A stretch of 64,000 bases of DNA from an uncultured Candidatus Saccharibacteria bacterium (GCA_964650645.1 CAZYUH010000001.1:564274-628273), one strand, 5' to 3'. Positions 24,249-33,231 are shown, counted from the stretch's first letter. A program made the numbers and translations. The notes: generated by a model not told the origin, from the sequence alone.

Positions 24249-25664
24249 TCAGAACGCGTCGAGCGGGTCGGCGGCCCCGAAGGCGCTCATGTCGGCCTTC
24301 TCGAGCGAGCGGAAGGTGGTGCGCTTGTCGTCGAAGTACAGCTCGACCATGCCCGTGGGGCCGTTGCGGTGCTTCTCTATCAGTATCTCGGCAATGTTGG
24401 GGCGGTCGGACTCCTTGTTTATCTTGTCCTCGCGGTGGATGAACATGACGACGTCGGCGTCCTGCTCGATGGCGCCCGAGTCGCGCAGGTCGGAAAGCCT
24501 CGGCTTGCCGCCGCGCTGCTCGACGGCGCGCGAGAGCTGGGAAAGCGCCAGCACGGGCACGTCCATCTCGCGCGCGAGCTGCTTGAGCGAGCGCGATATC
24601 TCGGTTATCTGCTGGACCAGGTTGTCGTTGGCCTTCGCCTGCGTAGGCACCATGAGCTGGAGGTAGTCCACGATTATCATGTCGAGCCCGTGCTCCTTCT
24701 TGAGCCGGCGGGCGGTGGCGCGCATCTTGAGTATGTTCTGCGCTGGCTCGTCGCTGATGTAGATGGGGGCGGCCCCCAGGAGGTCGTAGGCCTCGCGGAT
24801 GCGGTCCCAGTCCTCCTGCTCCTTTATGTTGCCGGTGCGCAGGTTCCAGGAGTTGACGCCCGACTCCGCCGCGACCATGCGGTCTATGAGCTGCTGGGCG
24901 GCCATTTCCAAGGAGAACACGCCCACGACCGCCTTGTGGGTCACCGCGGCCTTGCGGGCTATGTCGAGTGCGAACGAGGTCTTGCCCATGGAAGGGCGCG
25001 CCGCGAGGATGATGAGGTCCGACTTCTGGAAGCCCGCCAGCAGGTTGTCCAAGTCGCGGTAGCCGGTGCGCACGCCGCGCACCTCGTCCTTGTGCTCGTG
25101 CAGGTACTCGAGGCGCGACCACGCTTCCTTCAAGGAGTCGCCGAGCGCCATGAACTTGCTCATGGTCGGCGTCTGCGTGACCTCGTAGACCTTCTTCTCC
25201 GCCTTGTCCAACGTCTCGTCGAGCTCGCTCGACTCGTCGTAGCCCAGCTCGGCGACGAACTCGCCGGCGTCTATGAGGCTTCGCAGCATGTACTTCTTCT
25301 GCACCTGGCCCGCGTAGTGGCGCGCGTTGGAGGCCGCAGGCACGTCCGCCGCGAGCTCGGCCAAGTAGGAGACGCCGCCGACGCCCTCGAGCTGGCCGTC
25401 GTCGGAGAGGCGCGCGCGCACCGACTCGATGTCTATGGGCTCGTTTTTTGCGTACAGCGCCTGCATGGCGCGGTAGATGATGCGGTGCTTTTCGGCGTAG
25501 AACGCGTCGGGCGTTATGAGGTCGCTCGACTCTATCATGCCCTCCGGGCGTATCATGAGCGCGCCCAGGAACGCCTTCTCGGATTCGAGCGTCTGCGGGG
25601 GCAGGCGCAGGCCGTCGCGCCTGCCTGCCGGCTTTTTAGCGTCTTTAAACTTGCCTTCGGCCAT
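24249..25664 (-). CDS. dnaB: Replicative DNA helicase DnaB
   Basis: It has Walker A AARPSMGKTSFAL, Walker B MIIVDYLQLM and the DnaB N-terminal domain. Confidence 0.95.
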   Translation of the reverse strand: MAEGKFKDAKKPAGRRDGLRLPPQTLESEKAFLGALMIRPEGMIESSDLITPDAFYAEKHRIIYRAMQALYAKNEPIDIESVRARLSDDGQLEGVGGVSYLAELAADVPAASNARHYAGQVQKKYMLRSLIDAGEFVAELGYDESSELDETLDKAEKKVYEVTQTPTMSKFMALGDSLKEAWSRLEYLHEHKDEVRGVRTGYRDLDNLLAGFQKSDLIILAARPSMGKTSFALDIARKAAVTHKAVVGVFSLEMAAQQLIDRMVAAESGVNSWNLRTGNIKEQEDWDRIREAYDLLGAAPIYISDEPAQNILKMRATARRLKKEHGLDMIIVDYLQLMVPTQAKANDNLVQQITEISRSLKQLAREMDVPVLALSQLSRAVEQRGGKPRLSDLRDSGAIEQDADVVMFIHREDKINKESDRPNIAEILIEKHRNGPTGMVELYFDDKRTTFRSLEKADMSAFGAADPLDAF

Positions 25665-25880
25665 AGGGTAAGTGTACCCCCTCGGGCCTGTAATTTACAT
25701 ACGCGAACTTGAAGCCCGCATGTGGGTAGGGGGACAAAAAGGGGATAATTCCCATTTTTTGTCCGGTGCCGCAGGCAAAAGCCGTTGCCGAGTCCGCGAG
25801 GCAGGCTTTAGGCGGGTAAAAAGGGGATAAGGGTACGCAAAAGGCGCCGTGAGGCGCCTATTGGCATGGACGGGCATGAA

Positions 25881-26462
25881 CTAGTGTGCCGCAATGTAGG
25901 CGCGCGTAAGCGGGCCGAAGTAGCCGGCGGACGGCGTGATGCCGCTGGCGGCCTGGAACTTCGCGAGCGCCGCCTGCGTAAGGGCGCCGAAATAATCGGT
26001 TTCCTGGCCCAAAGAGCCTTCGGCGCTGGGCGCTACCGGGTAGCCGCGGGCATTGAGGTATTTCTGAAGGGCGCGCACGTCCTCGCCGCGAGAACCGATG
26101 TCGAGGTCGCGGGTGAAGGCGTATGCGGGAGTGGCGCCTGCTCCCGTATGGGGCTGGCCGTTGAGGGCCAAGGTGACGTTGGCGATAGTGGCGCCGTCGG
26201 CGCCGAAAGAGCCCAAGAGCCCGAGTATGGCCTGTATTTGGGCGTCGGTTAGGCCCTGACTGCCGGTATCGGCGGGCGTGTCCGGCTGGGGGATAATAAT
26301 AGTGCCGCTCCCGCCGTTAGTCCGATTGCCCCCTTGTTCTTCATAGCCGGTGCCGTAGGCCCCCTCGCCGTACGGGCCGCTGCCGTATGGCGCGGCAAGG
26401 GAAAATGAGGGCGCCATGAGCGCCAGCGAAACGAGCAGGAACCCGAGTTTCTTAGCCGCCAT
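25881..26462 (-). CDS. Secreted protein with a C-terminal peptidoglycan-binding (PG_binding_1-like) domain
   Basis: A signal peptide MAAKKLGFLLVSLALMAPSFSLA is followed by a G/Y-rich linker and the motif LDIGSRGEDVRALQKYLNARGY...GYFGPLTRAYI. The ORF extends in frame to 26501. Confidence 0.65.
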   Translation of the reverse strand: MAAKKLGFLLVSLALMAPSFSLAAPYGSGPYGEGAYGTGYEEQGGNRTNGGSGTIIIPQPDTPADTGSQGLTDAQIQAILGLLGSFGADGATIANVTLALNGQPHTGAGATPAYAFTRDLDIGSRGEDVRALQKYLNARGYPVAPSAEGSLGQETDYFGALTQAALAKFQAASGITPSAGYFGPLTRAYIAAH

Positions 26463-26643
26463 AGGTCGAGCTGCCGTATCCGGCAGTGGCCTTGCGGCCA
26501 AGTACGGTTGATACTGCGGTCTTTGTGCCTACGAATTTGCTCAAGAACACCACGGCAGCGGCGCCTCCCACGACCGTCAGGAACTCCTTGCGGCTTATTT
26601 GCCTCTTTTCATTCATAGTCATGCCAGTATTTTTCCTATTCAT
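26452..26643 (-). CDS. Small secreted protein with a twin-arginine-like signal (SRKEFLTVVGGAAAVVFL)
   Basis: It has a leaderless-type promoter (TATACT 5 nt before the ATG, gctATACTtatatATG). The 63-aa protein is MNRKNTGMTMNEKRQISRKEFLT.... It overlaps the next gene by 11 nt in another frame. Confidence 0.5.
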   Translation of the reverse strand: MNRKNTGMTMNEKRQISRKEFLTVVGGAAAVVFLSKFVGTKTAVSTVLGRKATAGYGSSTYGG

Positions 26644-26648
26644 ATATA

Positions 26649-26654
26649 AGTATA
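26649..26654 (-). promoter_or_regulatory. -10 box TATACT 5 nt upstream of the ATG of 26452..26643
   Basis: The minus-strand sequence is cgcTATACTtatatATG. Confidence 0.3.
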
Positions 26655-26727
26655 GCGCAGTTTGCCGGCAGTAATCCCGCTGTTCACAGGCGGGGGCGGG
26701 CGGGGGCTTGGCTCAATCGGGGTCGTG

Positions 26728-26733
26728 TATACT
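26728..26733 (+). promoter_or_regulatory. -10 box TATACT 8 nt upstream of the ATG at 26742
   Basis: The sequence is tcgtgTATACTaagctcatATG. Confidence 0.3.
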
Positions 26734-26741
26734 AAGCTCAT

Positions 26742-27122
26742 ATGGCACGACTTCCGACTCCCGGTTCCGATGACGGTACCTGGGGTACAGTGCTGAATAC
26801 GTACCTGGCCGTGGGGCACGATTCGGCAGGCCTCAATATAGGGCCGGTATCCGAAGCCGCGAAAACGAGCGGCTTTACCCTCGCTGCGGCGCACAACGGC
26901 ACGCGCATCGTCTGCACTGCGGCGCTTACCATTACGGTGCCGGCGGTCGGAACGCTCGACGACGGCTTTGAATGCCAGATCGTCAACGATTCCGGCGGCT
27001 CGGTCACCATAGACGGCCCCGGCTCCACCAACGTCACCATGGCCGACGGCGACGTGGCCGGCATCCTTGAAGTGAACGGCAAGCAGCGCGTGGTCAGCGG
27101 TCCCAGCACGCTGATCTCGTAA
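26742..27122 (+). CDS. Hypothetical secreted/surface protein (126 aa; N-term MARLPTPGSDDGTWGTVLNTYL)
   Basis: It has its own -10 box and a downstream terminator (27143..27180). It is Thr/Gly-rich and beta-rich. The N-terminal motif looks tail-fibre/minor-tail-like, but this is unverified recollection. Confidence 0.5.
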   Translation: MARLPTPGSDDGTWGTVLNTYLAVGHDSAGLNIGPVSEAAKTSGFTLAAAHNGTRIVCTAALTITVPAVGTLDDGFECQIVNDSGGSVTIDGPGSTNVTMADGDVAGILEVNGKQRVVSGPSTLIS

Positions 27123-27142
27123 CCTGTTTCCCTGAATCGGCA

Positions 27143-27180
27143 CAAGCTCCCGTGCTTTGCGGGAGCTACTTCTTTTTCGC
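27143..27180 (+). terminator. Intrinsic terminator after 26742..27122
   Basis: The sequence is agctcccgtgctttgcgggagct followed by acttctttttc. Confidence 0.6.
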
Positions 27181-27184
27181 GTGA

Positions 27185-27190
27185 TACAAT
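27185..27190 (+). promoter_or_regulatory. -10 box TACAAT 6 nt upstream of the ATG at 27197
   Basis: The sequence is gtgaTACAATctccgtATG. Confidence 0.3.
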
Positions 27191-27196
27191 CTCCGT

Positions 27197-28447
27197 ATGA
27201 GCCAATTCAGGGCGATAGCGGGCGTTGTCGGAGCAGCGGCGGTAGCAGCCAGTACTCCGATAGAGCTGTTTGCCGCCGATCCGGCGCTTAGCGCGGACGA
27301 TGCCAATGCGAATACGTCCTTCCGTGTCGTGTGCGCCATAACCGGCAGCACGGGAACGCAGATTCGCGTGACCTTCCAGCCCGGGTCCACGAACAGCCTC
27401 TCGATTCTCCACGCCTCGTTCGGAAAATGGGATACCAACCTGAACTACTCGAATACGACCGCGACCCCCATTGAGCTGAAGTTCGGAGGGGCGAGCGGCT
27501 TTGCGGGCGCGACCACGGCCCAGACGAGCGATTGGGCCGACCTTTCGGGCCTCGACCTCTCTACGGGCGACAGGATAGTCGTCATTTACGACGTCGCCCC
27601 CGGGACGGCTTCCACCTCGTCGCAGAGGTACAACAACGCCGCGACCGGCGCGACGGCCTTCTTCCATGGCGGCGACGCGACCTGGGACGACATGGATGTA
27701 ACCACTAACGGATTCACCAAGCTCGCTGCGACCAACTACTGCATCGCTTCCGTTGAAACGAAGGGCGCGGGAAGCTCGACTAGCGGGGGAGACAGCGGAG
27801 GAGGCGGAGTCGCGCACGATATCCCGCTGAGCTTCGACGACGGCAAATTCACCGGCATGACGGAGCTTGTCATGCCCGTCGTCCTGGAGAACGGCGACGA
27901 TCTCAGTCATTACAGCATCCGGGAGCAGGGAGTGAGCTACTCGATCCTGTGCAAGGGCAACAACGAGCTGAGCTTCATCAGGGTGCTCTCGCGGGAGTGC
28001 ATCAGGATCACCGACAACGATCTCCTCATCGAGGACGCCTACCTCGAGGCCGAAGGCGTGGGCGACGACCATGCGGACACGCTCCAGGCCTACTCGCCGG
28101 GGGCAAGAGGCGGCACGGTGACCCTCAGGAGGGTCCATGTAAGGGCCCACACGACGGCGGCAACCGCCGGGTTCTTCATCGCGGATAACTGGGGCGGCAG
28201 CGTGGTCCTTCAGGACGTGATCATCCAGGGCGGGCCCTGGGGCCTGAGGTTCATGGCGGACGGCGCGGACATCAATATTTCCCTGAGCAACGTCTATTTC
28301 ATCGGCCCCTTCGGAGCCGAGGGCGGGCCCTACTCTTTCGAGGACTACAATGGCGGCACCCACACTATCCTTCAGTGGGACAACGTGCGCGAGGCGACCA
28401 TAGTCGACGGCGAGCTCGTCCCCGGCAACCTCCTCCCGTCGCCGTAA
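27197..28447 (+). CDS. Hypothetical secreted protein with probable C-terminal right-handed beta-helix (416 aa)
   Basis: It has an N-terminal hydrophobic segment and a T/S/G-rich region. C-terminal repeats (ITDNDLLIEDAYLEAEG..., VTLRRVHVRA..., VVLQDVIIQG...) are pectin-lyase-fold like. An antisense 541-aa ORF was rejected. Confidence 0.55.
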   Translation: MSQFRAIAGVVGAAAVAASTPIELFAADPALSADDANANTSFRVVCAITGSTGTQIRVTFQPGSTNSLSILHASFGKWDTNLNYSNTTATPIELKFGGASGFAGATTAQTSDWADLSGLDLSTGDRIVVIYDVAPGTASTSSQRYNNAATGATAFFHGGDATWDDMDVTTNGFTKLAATNYCIASVETKGAGSSTSGGDSGGGGVAHDIPLSFDDGKFTGMTELVMPVVLENGDDLSHYSIREQGVSYSILCKGNNELSFIRVLSRECIRITDNDLLIEDAYLEAEGVGDDHADTLQAYSPGARGGTVTLRRVHVRAHTTAATAGFFIADNWGGSVVLQDVIIQGGPWGLRFMADGADINISLSNVYFIGPFGAEGGPYSFEDYNGGTHTILQWDNVREATIVDGELVPGNLLPSP

Positions 28448-28502
28448 AAAACAGCGGCTTCGTGGCCCGCCCGCGCCTCGGCGCGGTTTTTTTGCGCCTG
28501 CG

Positions 28503-29231
28503 CTAGCGCCGGGGGTATATCGCTTTCGATACGACGAGCCCTATCTCCCAGAGGGCGACCGCAGGGACGGCGACGATGCCGAGCGTTACGATGTCGGTCG
28601 TGGGCGTGACAATAGCGAGCAGGGTGATGATCGCGAGGACCGCGATGCGCCGCTGCCTGGCCAGGAAATGCGGATTGACGAGCCGCACGTAGGAGAGCGC
28701 GACGGTCACGACCGGAATTTGCAGAACGACGAATACCACCAGAAGCTCCAGGAGGAAGAACGTGAGGTAGCTTTCGGCGGTAAGCATCGAGACGGTGCCC
28801 TCTACAGCGAAGCCCTGCAATACCTTGAGCGTGACGGGAATGAAGTAGAAGTACGCGAACGCCAGCGACCCGAGGCCCAGCGCGGTCGAGCACGCGGCGA
28901 AGAGCGACAGGGCGCGTACGCGCGCACGCGAAAGCGCCGGTGCTATGAAGCTGAGGAACAGACCGAGCCATAAGGGGAACGAGACGAGGAGCGCCGCGTA
29001 TATCGAGATTTTTATCTTGAACAGGAACGGCCCCATGGGGGATAGAAACAGCAGGGTCTGGCCGCCAAGCGGCCTCAGGAGGTACTGAATGAGCGCGTCC
29101 GCGCCGAAGGCGAATATGGCGATAGCGAGGGCGATAAAAACGCCCGCTCCCGCGAGCAGGTAGTTGCGCAGCACGCCGACATGGTCCCAGAATCCCGCGT
29201 GCGCCCCGCGCGCCGGTGCTTCGCCCGGCAT
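28503..29231 (-). CDS. tatC: Twin-arginine translocase subunit TatC
   Basis: It has six TM segments and signature motifs FWDHVGVLRNYL, SFPLWLGLFLSFIAPAL and IVTPTTDIV...ALWEIG. Confidence 0.8.
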   Translation of the reverse strand: MPGEAPARGAHAGFWDHVGVLRNYLLAGAGVFIALAIAIFAFGADALIQYLLRPLGGQTLLFLSPMGPFLFKIKISIYAALLVSFPLWLGLFLSFIAPALSRARVRALSLFAACSTALGLGSLAFAYFYFIPVTLKVLQGFAVEGTVSMLTAESYLTFFLLELLVVFVVLQIPVVTVALSYVRLVNPHFLARQRRIAVLAIITLLAIVTPTTDIVTLGIVAVPAVALWEIGLVVSKAIYPRR

Positions 29232-29232
29232 G

Positions 29233-29406
29233 CTAGGGCTTCTTTTTCGGGTCTTCCTTGGTGCCGTCCGCGAATCCGCTCTTCAGTTCGCGGAACGAGC
29301 GGCCGATGCTCTTCGCGAGGTCCGGCAGCTTGTCCTTGCCGAAGAAGAGGAGGAGTACGAACAATATAAGGAGGATTTCGGGCGCGCCCAGGCCAAATAG
29401 GTCCAT
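29233..29406 (-). CDS. tatA: Twin-arginine translocase subunit TatA/E (57 aa)
   Basis: The protein is MDLFGLGAPEILLILFVLLLFFGKDKLPDLAKSIGRSFRELKSGFADGTKEDPKKKP, showing a TM, hinge FG and amphipathic helix. Its TAG overlaps the tatC ATG (TAGCATG). It falls below the 60-aa ORF track threshold. Confidence 0.75.
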   Translation of the reverse strand: MDLFGLGAPEILLILFVLLLFFGKDKLPDLAKSIGRSFRELKSGFADGTKEDPKKKP

Positions 29407-29475
29407 ATGAGAATCTGTTACGGAGTACCCCGTAAGTATCTCATGCCGCGAGGGGAGCGCAAGCCGCGCTCCGCG

Positions 29476-30939
29476 CTATTTCTTCGTCACCTTCTGGCCC
29501 TCGGGAGTGTCTTTTACGTCGAAGCCTTTCTTGGCGATTTGGGCGCGCAGGTCGTCTGATTTCTTGTAGTCCTTATTCTCGCGGGCTTCCCGGCGGGCCG
29601 ACACGAGCCGCCGGACCTCCTCGGGCAGGTCGTCTGTCGATATGACCGTGACGCGCGCCACCGGGCCCGAGTCGCCGAGCCCCAGCCCCAGCACCCGGTC
29701 GGCCTCCTGCAATGAGGCGCGCTTGACCGTCGGCGCAACGCTCTGGTCGCGCAACAGGTCCCAGACGCGCGCGAGCGCCTGCGGCGTGTTGAGATCGTCG
29801 GCTATGCATGCGTAGAAATCGCGCAGGAACGCCTCGTCGGGCCTCATCTGCGAAGGGGGCAGCTCCAGGTAGGCGCGCGCGAGCCGCGTGTAGGCGGTGT
29901 TGGCGGCCTCGAGCGCGTCCCAGGTGAAGTTCATCGGCGTCGAGTAGTGCCCGGTCAGGAACCAGTAGCGGAGCGCCCGCGCAGCCAGCCCCTTGTCTAC
30001 CACGTTGCGCAGGCTTATCGTGTTGCGCAGCGACTTGGACACTTTCTTGTCCTCTATGGTGATGAACTCGCCGTGCAGCCAGTAGCGCGCGAAGCGCTTG
30101 CCGGTCGCGGCCTCGGCCTGGGCTATCTCGTTGTTGTGGTGGATGGCGACATGGTCGATGCCGCCGGTGTGGATGTCTATCTGCTTGCCAAGCAGGGTGA
30201 ATATCATCGCCACGCATTCGGTGTGCCAGCCGGGGAAGCCCAGGCCCCACGGGGACTCCCACCCGAGCTTCGCGTCGGACTTCCAGAGCACGAAGTCCTG
30301 CGGATTCTTCTTGGCGGCGTTCGCTTCGAGCCGGGCGCCCGGCTCCTGGCCCGCTATGTGCTGGTCGCCCAGCTTGCCGTAGCCCGGAAAGCGCGAGGTG
30401 TCGTAGTACACGCCGTCGTTCAAGCGGTACGCGTAGCCCTTTTGCTCCAAGGTCTTCACGAGCGCCACTTGCTCGGGAATGTAGCGGCTCGCGCGCGGGA
30501 AGCGTATGCGCTCGACGTCGAGGCCGAGCTGTGCGATGTCCTCGAGGAACGCCTCGGCGTACTTCTCGGCGAGCTTGGCCATGTTGGCCATGGTGACTTT
30601 CATCTTCTCGCGCCTGAGGCCGCGGGTCATCTTGTCCTCGCCCTCGTCGGCGTCGGAGACCAGGTGGCCGAAGTCGGTGATGTTGATGGCCTGCTGGACC
30701 TTGTAGCCCCACGCGTGGAGCGCGCGGCGGATGGTGTCGGCGGTGACGTAGGCGCGCAGGTTGCCGACGTGCACGTAGTCGTACACGGTGGGCCCGCAGT
30801 TGTACATCTTCACGATGCGGCCCATGGGGGAGAATTCCTCCAATTCGCCCGAGAGGGTGTTGCGCAGCATGAGCGGCGGCAGGGCGCGCGCGGGCGCCGC
30901 TTTTTTCGGGGACACGGCCTTGAGCAGTTTCTTGAGCAT
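29476..30939 (-). CDS. cysS: Cysteinyl-tRNA synthetase
   Basis: It has HIGH as CGPTVYDYVHVGN, KMSKS as KVSKSLRN, and Zn-binding Cys/His. Confidence 0.9.
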   Translation of the reverse strand: MLKKLLKAVSPKKAAPARALPPLMLRNTLSGELEEFSPMGRIVKMYNCGPTVYDYVHVGNLRAYVTADTIRRALHAWGYKVQQAINITDFGHLVSDADEGEDKMTRGLRREKMKVTMANMAKLAEKYAEAFLEDIAQLGLDVERIRFPRASRYIPEQVALVKTLEQKGYAYRLNDGVYYDTSRFPGYGKLGDQHIAGQEPGARLEANAAKKNPQDFVLWKSDAKLGWESPWGLGFPGWHTECVAMIFTLLGKQIDIHTGGIDHVAIHHNNEIAQAEAATGKRFARYWLHGEFITIEDKKVSKSLRNTISLRNVVDKGLAARALRYWFLTGHYSTPMNFTWDALEAANTAYTRLARAYLELPPSQMRPDEAFLRDFYACIADDLNTPQALARVWDLLRDQSVAPTVKRASLQEADRVLGLGLGDSGPVARVTVISTDDLPEEVRRLVSARREARENKDYKKSDDLRAQIAKKGFDVKDTPEGQKVTKK

Positions 30940-30940
30940 G

Positions 30941-31852
30941 TTAGATCCAGTCCTTGTACTTGAAATAAACGAAGAAGCACGCGGCGAGCGACACCATGAT
31001 GCCGATGATTATCCAGAAGTCGCCCGCGCGCCCCACCAGCGGCATATGGCTCGCGTTCATGCCGAAGACGCTCGACACGAGCGTGAGCGGGAAGGTGACG
31101 AACGCGAGTATGGTGAGCGTCTTCATGGTCTCGTTCTGCTTGGTGTTAAGCAGGCTGTCGTTGGTGGCGCGCAGCTCGCTGAGCGAGTCGCGCAGGGACG
31201 CGAGCTCGTGCTCGACGCGGGCGCGCATGCCCTCGACCTCGCGCAGGTAGTAGGAGAACTCGGGGCCCCACAGCCGCGCCGCCGCGGGCTCGAGCGACGA
31301 GAGCATTTCCCTGTGCGGCGCGAGCGCGCGGGAAAAGTCGTGCAGGGCGCGCGCCACGTGGGAGAGCTCGAAGACCATGCGCCGCTCGTCGCCGCGGAAG
31401 ATGCGCGCCTCTATCTCCTCGAGGCGGTCGCGCATGAGGTCGCACTCGTCGATGAGCGAGAGGTACAGCTTCTGGGCCATGCCCGCGAAGAGGTGCCCGC
31501 CGTGCGAGGCGTGGCCGCGGCCCAGCAGAGAGCCGGCCTCGAACGCGCGGGCGAAGGCGTGCAGGGGGTCGATGTTCTCGTAGCGCGCGGTTATAAGGAA
31601 CTTCTTCCCGATAATGAAGTCTATCTCCTGCTCGGGCCGGCGGTTGTGCCCGCCGCGCAGGGTGGGGAAGTGGAGGATGACGTAGGCGGTGTCGGCGCAC
31701 CGCTCGACCTTGGACTTGTACGAGGCCGAGAGGAGCTCCTGGGCGACGTTCGACGGGAAGCCGAACTCGTCCATGAGGGCGCGGGCCTCCTGCGGCGTGG
31801 GCGCGACCGCGTCGACCCATACCAGGTCGCGCTCTTCATGACGCGTGAGCAT
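30941..31852 (-). CDS. corA: Magnesium/cobalt transporter CorA
   Basis: It has two C-terminal TMs with the GMN motif (VFGMNASHMP). The start was chosen at MLTRHEERDLVWVD (31852). The in-frame upstream extension to 32200 is GC-rich and non-protein-like. Confidence 0.8.
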   Translation of the reverse strand: MLTRHEERDLVWVDAVAPTPQEARALMDEFGFPSNVAQELLSASYKSKVERCADTAYVILHFPTLRGGHNRRPEQEIDFIIGKKFLITARYENIDPLHAFARAFEAGSLLGRGHASHGGHLFAGMAQKLYLSLIDECDLMRDRLEEIEARIFRGDERRMVFELSHVARALHDFSRALAPHREMLSSLEPAAARLWGPEFSYYLREVEGMRARVEHELASLRDSLSELRATNDSLLNTKQNETMKTLTILAFVTFPLTLVSSVFGMNASHMPLVGRAGDFWIIIGIMVSLAACFFVYFKYKDWI

Positions 31853-31926
31853 ACAGGTATGAGTATACCGCGCGTTTGGGCTCCGCCGCGCCCGGCAGGG
31901 ACGGCGGCCCGGCGGTGCCGACGTGC

Positions 31927-31932
31927 TATACT
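31927..31932 (+). promoter_or_regulatory. -10 box TATACT 8 nt upstream of the ctpA ATG (divergent from the corA promoter region)
   Basis: The sequence is gtgcTATACTttgcggatATG. Confidence 0.3.
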
Positions 31933-31940
31933 TTGCGGAT

Positions 31941-33164
31941 ATGAACAGGGCACGATTGAAGGCGGCGGGCGTGTTCGCGGCGCTCGCGCTCGCGTTCGGG
32001 GTGGGCATGTACACCGGCGTCTCTGACCGCGTGTCAGGCCTGGTGCTGGCGCAGGGGCCGGCGGGACTCGGCGGCGTCCAGCCCTCGGGCGTGGACTTCT
32101 CTAAATTCTGGCAGGCGTGGACGCTTCTTAACAAGAACTTCGTCGAGACGCACGCTTCGTCGTCCGTCCCAGGCGACCAGGAAAAGCTGTACGGCGCCAT
32201 AAAGGGCCTGACCGACAGCTACGGCGACCCGTACACGACCTTCTTCCCGCCGGCCGAGGCGCAGGAGTTCAATGATTCCATCGCAGGCTCGTTCTCGGGC
32301 GTGGGCATGGAGCTGGGCGACAAGAACGGCGCGGTCACCGTCATCGCGCCGCTCAAGGGCTCACCGGCCGAGCGCGCCGGCGTGCGCTCGGGCGACGTCG
32401 TGGTGGGCGTCGATGCCACCTCCACGCAGGGAATCACCGTCGACGACGCGGTCAAGCTCATACGCGGCCCCAAGGGTACCACGGTCAAGCTCACCCTTGA
32501 GCGCGCCAGCACCACCGAGCCCGTCGTAGTCTCCATCGTGCGCGACACCATAAACGTGCCGATAATCGACGGCACTTCAAAGAACGGCGTTTATACTATC
32601 GCGCTCTACAGCTTCTCGCAGAACTCGGCCGAGCTGTTCCGCCAGGAATTGCGCAAGTTCGTCCTCTCGGGCGACGACAGGCTCGTGCTCGACCTGCGCG
32701 GCAACCCGGGCGGCTACCTGGAGGCCGCGGTGCAGATGGCGAGCTACTTCCTGCCCATCGGCGACACGGTCGTGACGGAAGACTACAAGGGCAAGCGCCC
32801 GAACGTCGTGCACCGCTCGCTGGGCTACAACGTGTTCGCGGGCAAGAACCTGAAAATGGCGATACTCGCCGACCAGGGCTCGGCGTCGGCCTCCGAAATT
32901 CTGGCGGGCGCGCTCCAGCAGCACCATGTCGCCACGCTGGTGGGCACGCGCACCTTCGGCAAAGGCTCGGTACAGCAGCTCATGGAGCTGGGCGGCGGCG
33001 CGGAGATAAAGATAACGGTCGCGCGCTGGCTGACTCCCAACGGCTCGAGCATCTCCGACGGCGGCCTCCAGCCCGACATCAAGGCCGACTACACGGCAGA
33101 GGACGCCAAGGAGGGCAGGGACCCGCAAATGGACGCGGCGCTCGAGTGGCTCAAGAGCCAATAA
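31941..33164 (+). CDS. ctpA: Carboxyl-terminal processing protease (S41, with PDZ domain)
   Basis: It has a signal/TM MNRARLKAAGVFAALALAF, a PDZ domain (GVGMELGDKNGAVTVIAPLKGSPAERAGV), the catalytic region LRGNPGGYL and Ser-Lys dyad context. The track's GTG start at 31923 was rejected. Confidence 0.85.
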   Translation: MNRARLKAAGVFAALALAFGVGMYTGVSDRVSGLVLAQGPAGLGGVQPSGVDFSKFWQAWTLLNKNFVETHASSSVPGDQEKLYGAIKGLTDSYGDPYTTFFPPAEAQEFNDSIAGSFSGVGMELGDKNGAVTVIAPLKGSPAERAGVRSGDVVVGVDATSTQGITVDDAVKLIRGPKGTTVKLTLERASTTEPVVVSIVRDTINVPIIDGTSKNGVYTIALYSFSQNSAELFRQELRKFVLSGDDRLVLDLRGNPGGYLEAAVQMASYFLPIGDTVVTEDYKGKRPNVVHRSLGYNVFAGKNLKMAILADQGSASASEILAGALQQHHVATLVGTRTFGKGSVQQLMELGGGAEIKITVARWLTPNGSSISDGGLQPDIKADYTAEDAKEGRDPQMDAALEWLKSQ

Positions 33165-33173
33165 TCGCCTAGG

Positions 33174-33204
33174 AAGGCCGGGACCAGCCCGGCCTTTTTC
33201 TTTG
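33174..33204 (+). terminator. Intrinsic terminator after ctpA
   Basis: The sequence is ggccggg-acca-gcccggcc followed by tttttcttt. Confidence 0.8.
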
Positions 33205-33231
33205 CGTGAAAAAGCGGTACAGTGGGTGTAC

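Noticed and set aside
24213-25712. 499-aa plus-strand ORF
   Set aside because: It is antisense to dnaB, which carries unambiguous helicase motifs.
26738-28363. 541-aa minus-strand ORF
   Set aside because: It is antisense to the two plus-strand surface-protein genes. Those genes have their own -10 boxes and an intervening terminator. The minus-strand translation is Arg-rich junk.
31923-31940. GTG start for ctpA from the ORF track
   Set aside because: The TATACT -10 box occupies this stretch. The ATG at 31941 gives a proper signal-peptide N-terminus.
30788-32026. 412-aa plus-strand ORF
   Set aside because: It is antisense to cysS/corA.
31853-32200. N-terminal 116-codon extension of corA
   Set aside because: The translation is Pro/Ala/Ser-rich and non-protein-like. 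The conserved CorA cytoplasmic domain starts at MLTRHEERDLVWVD.
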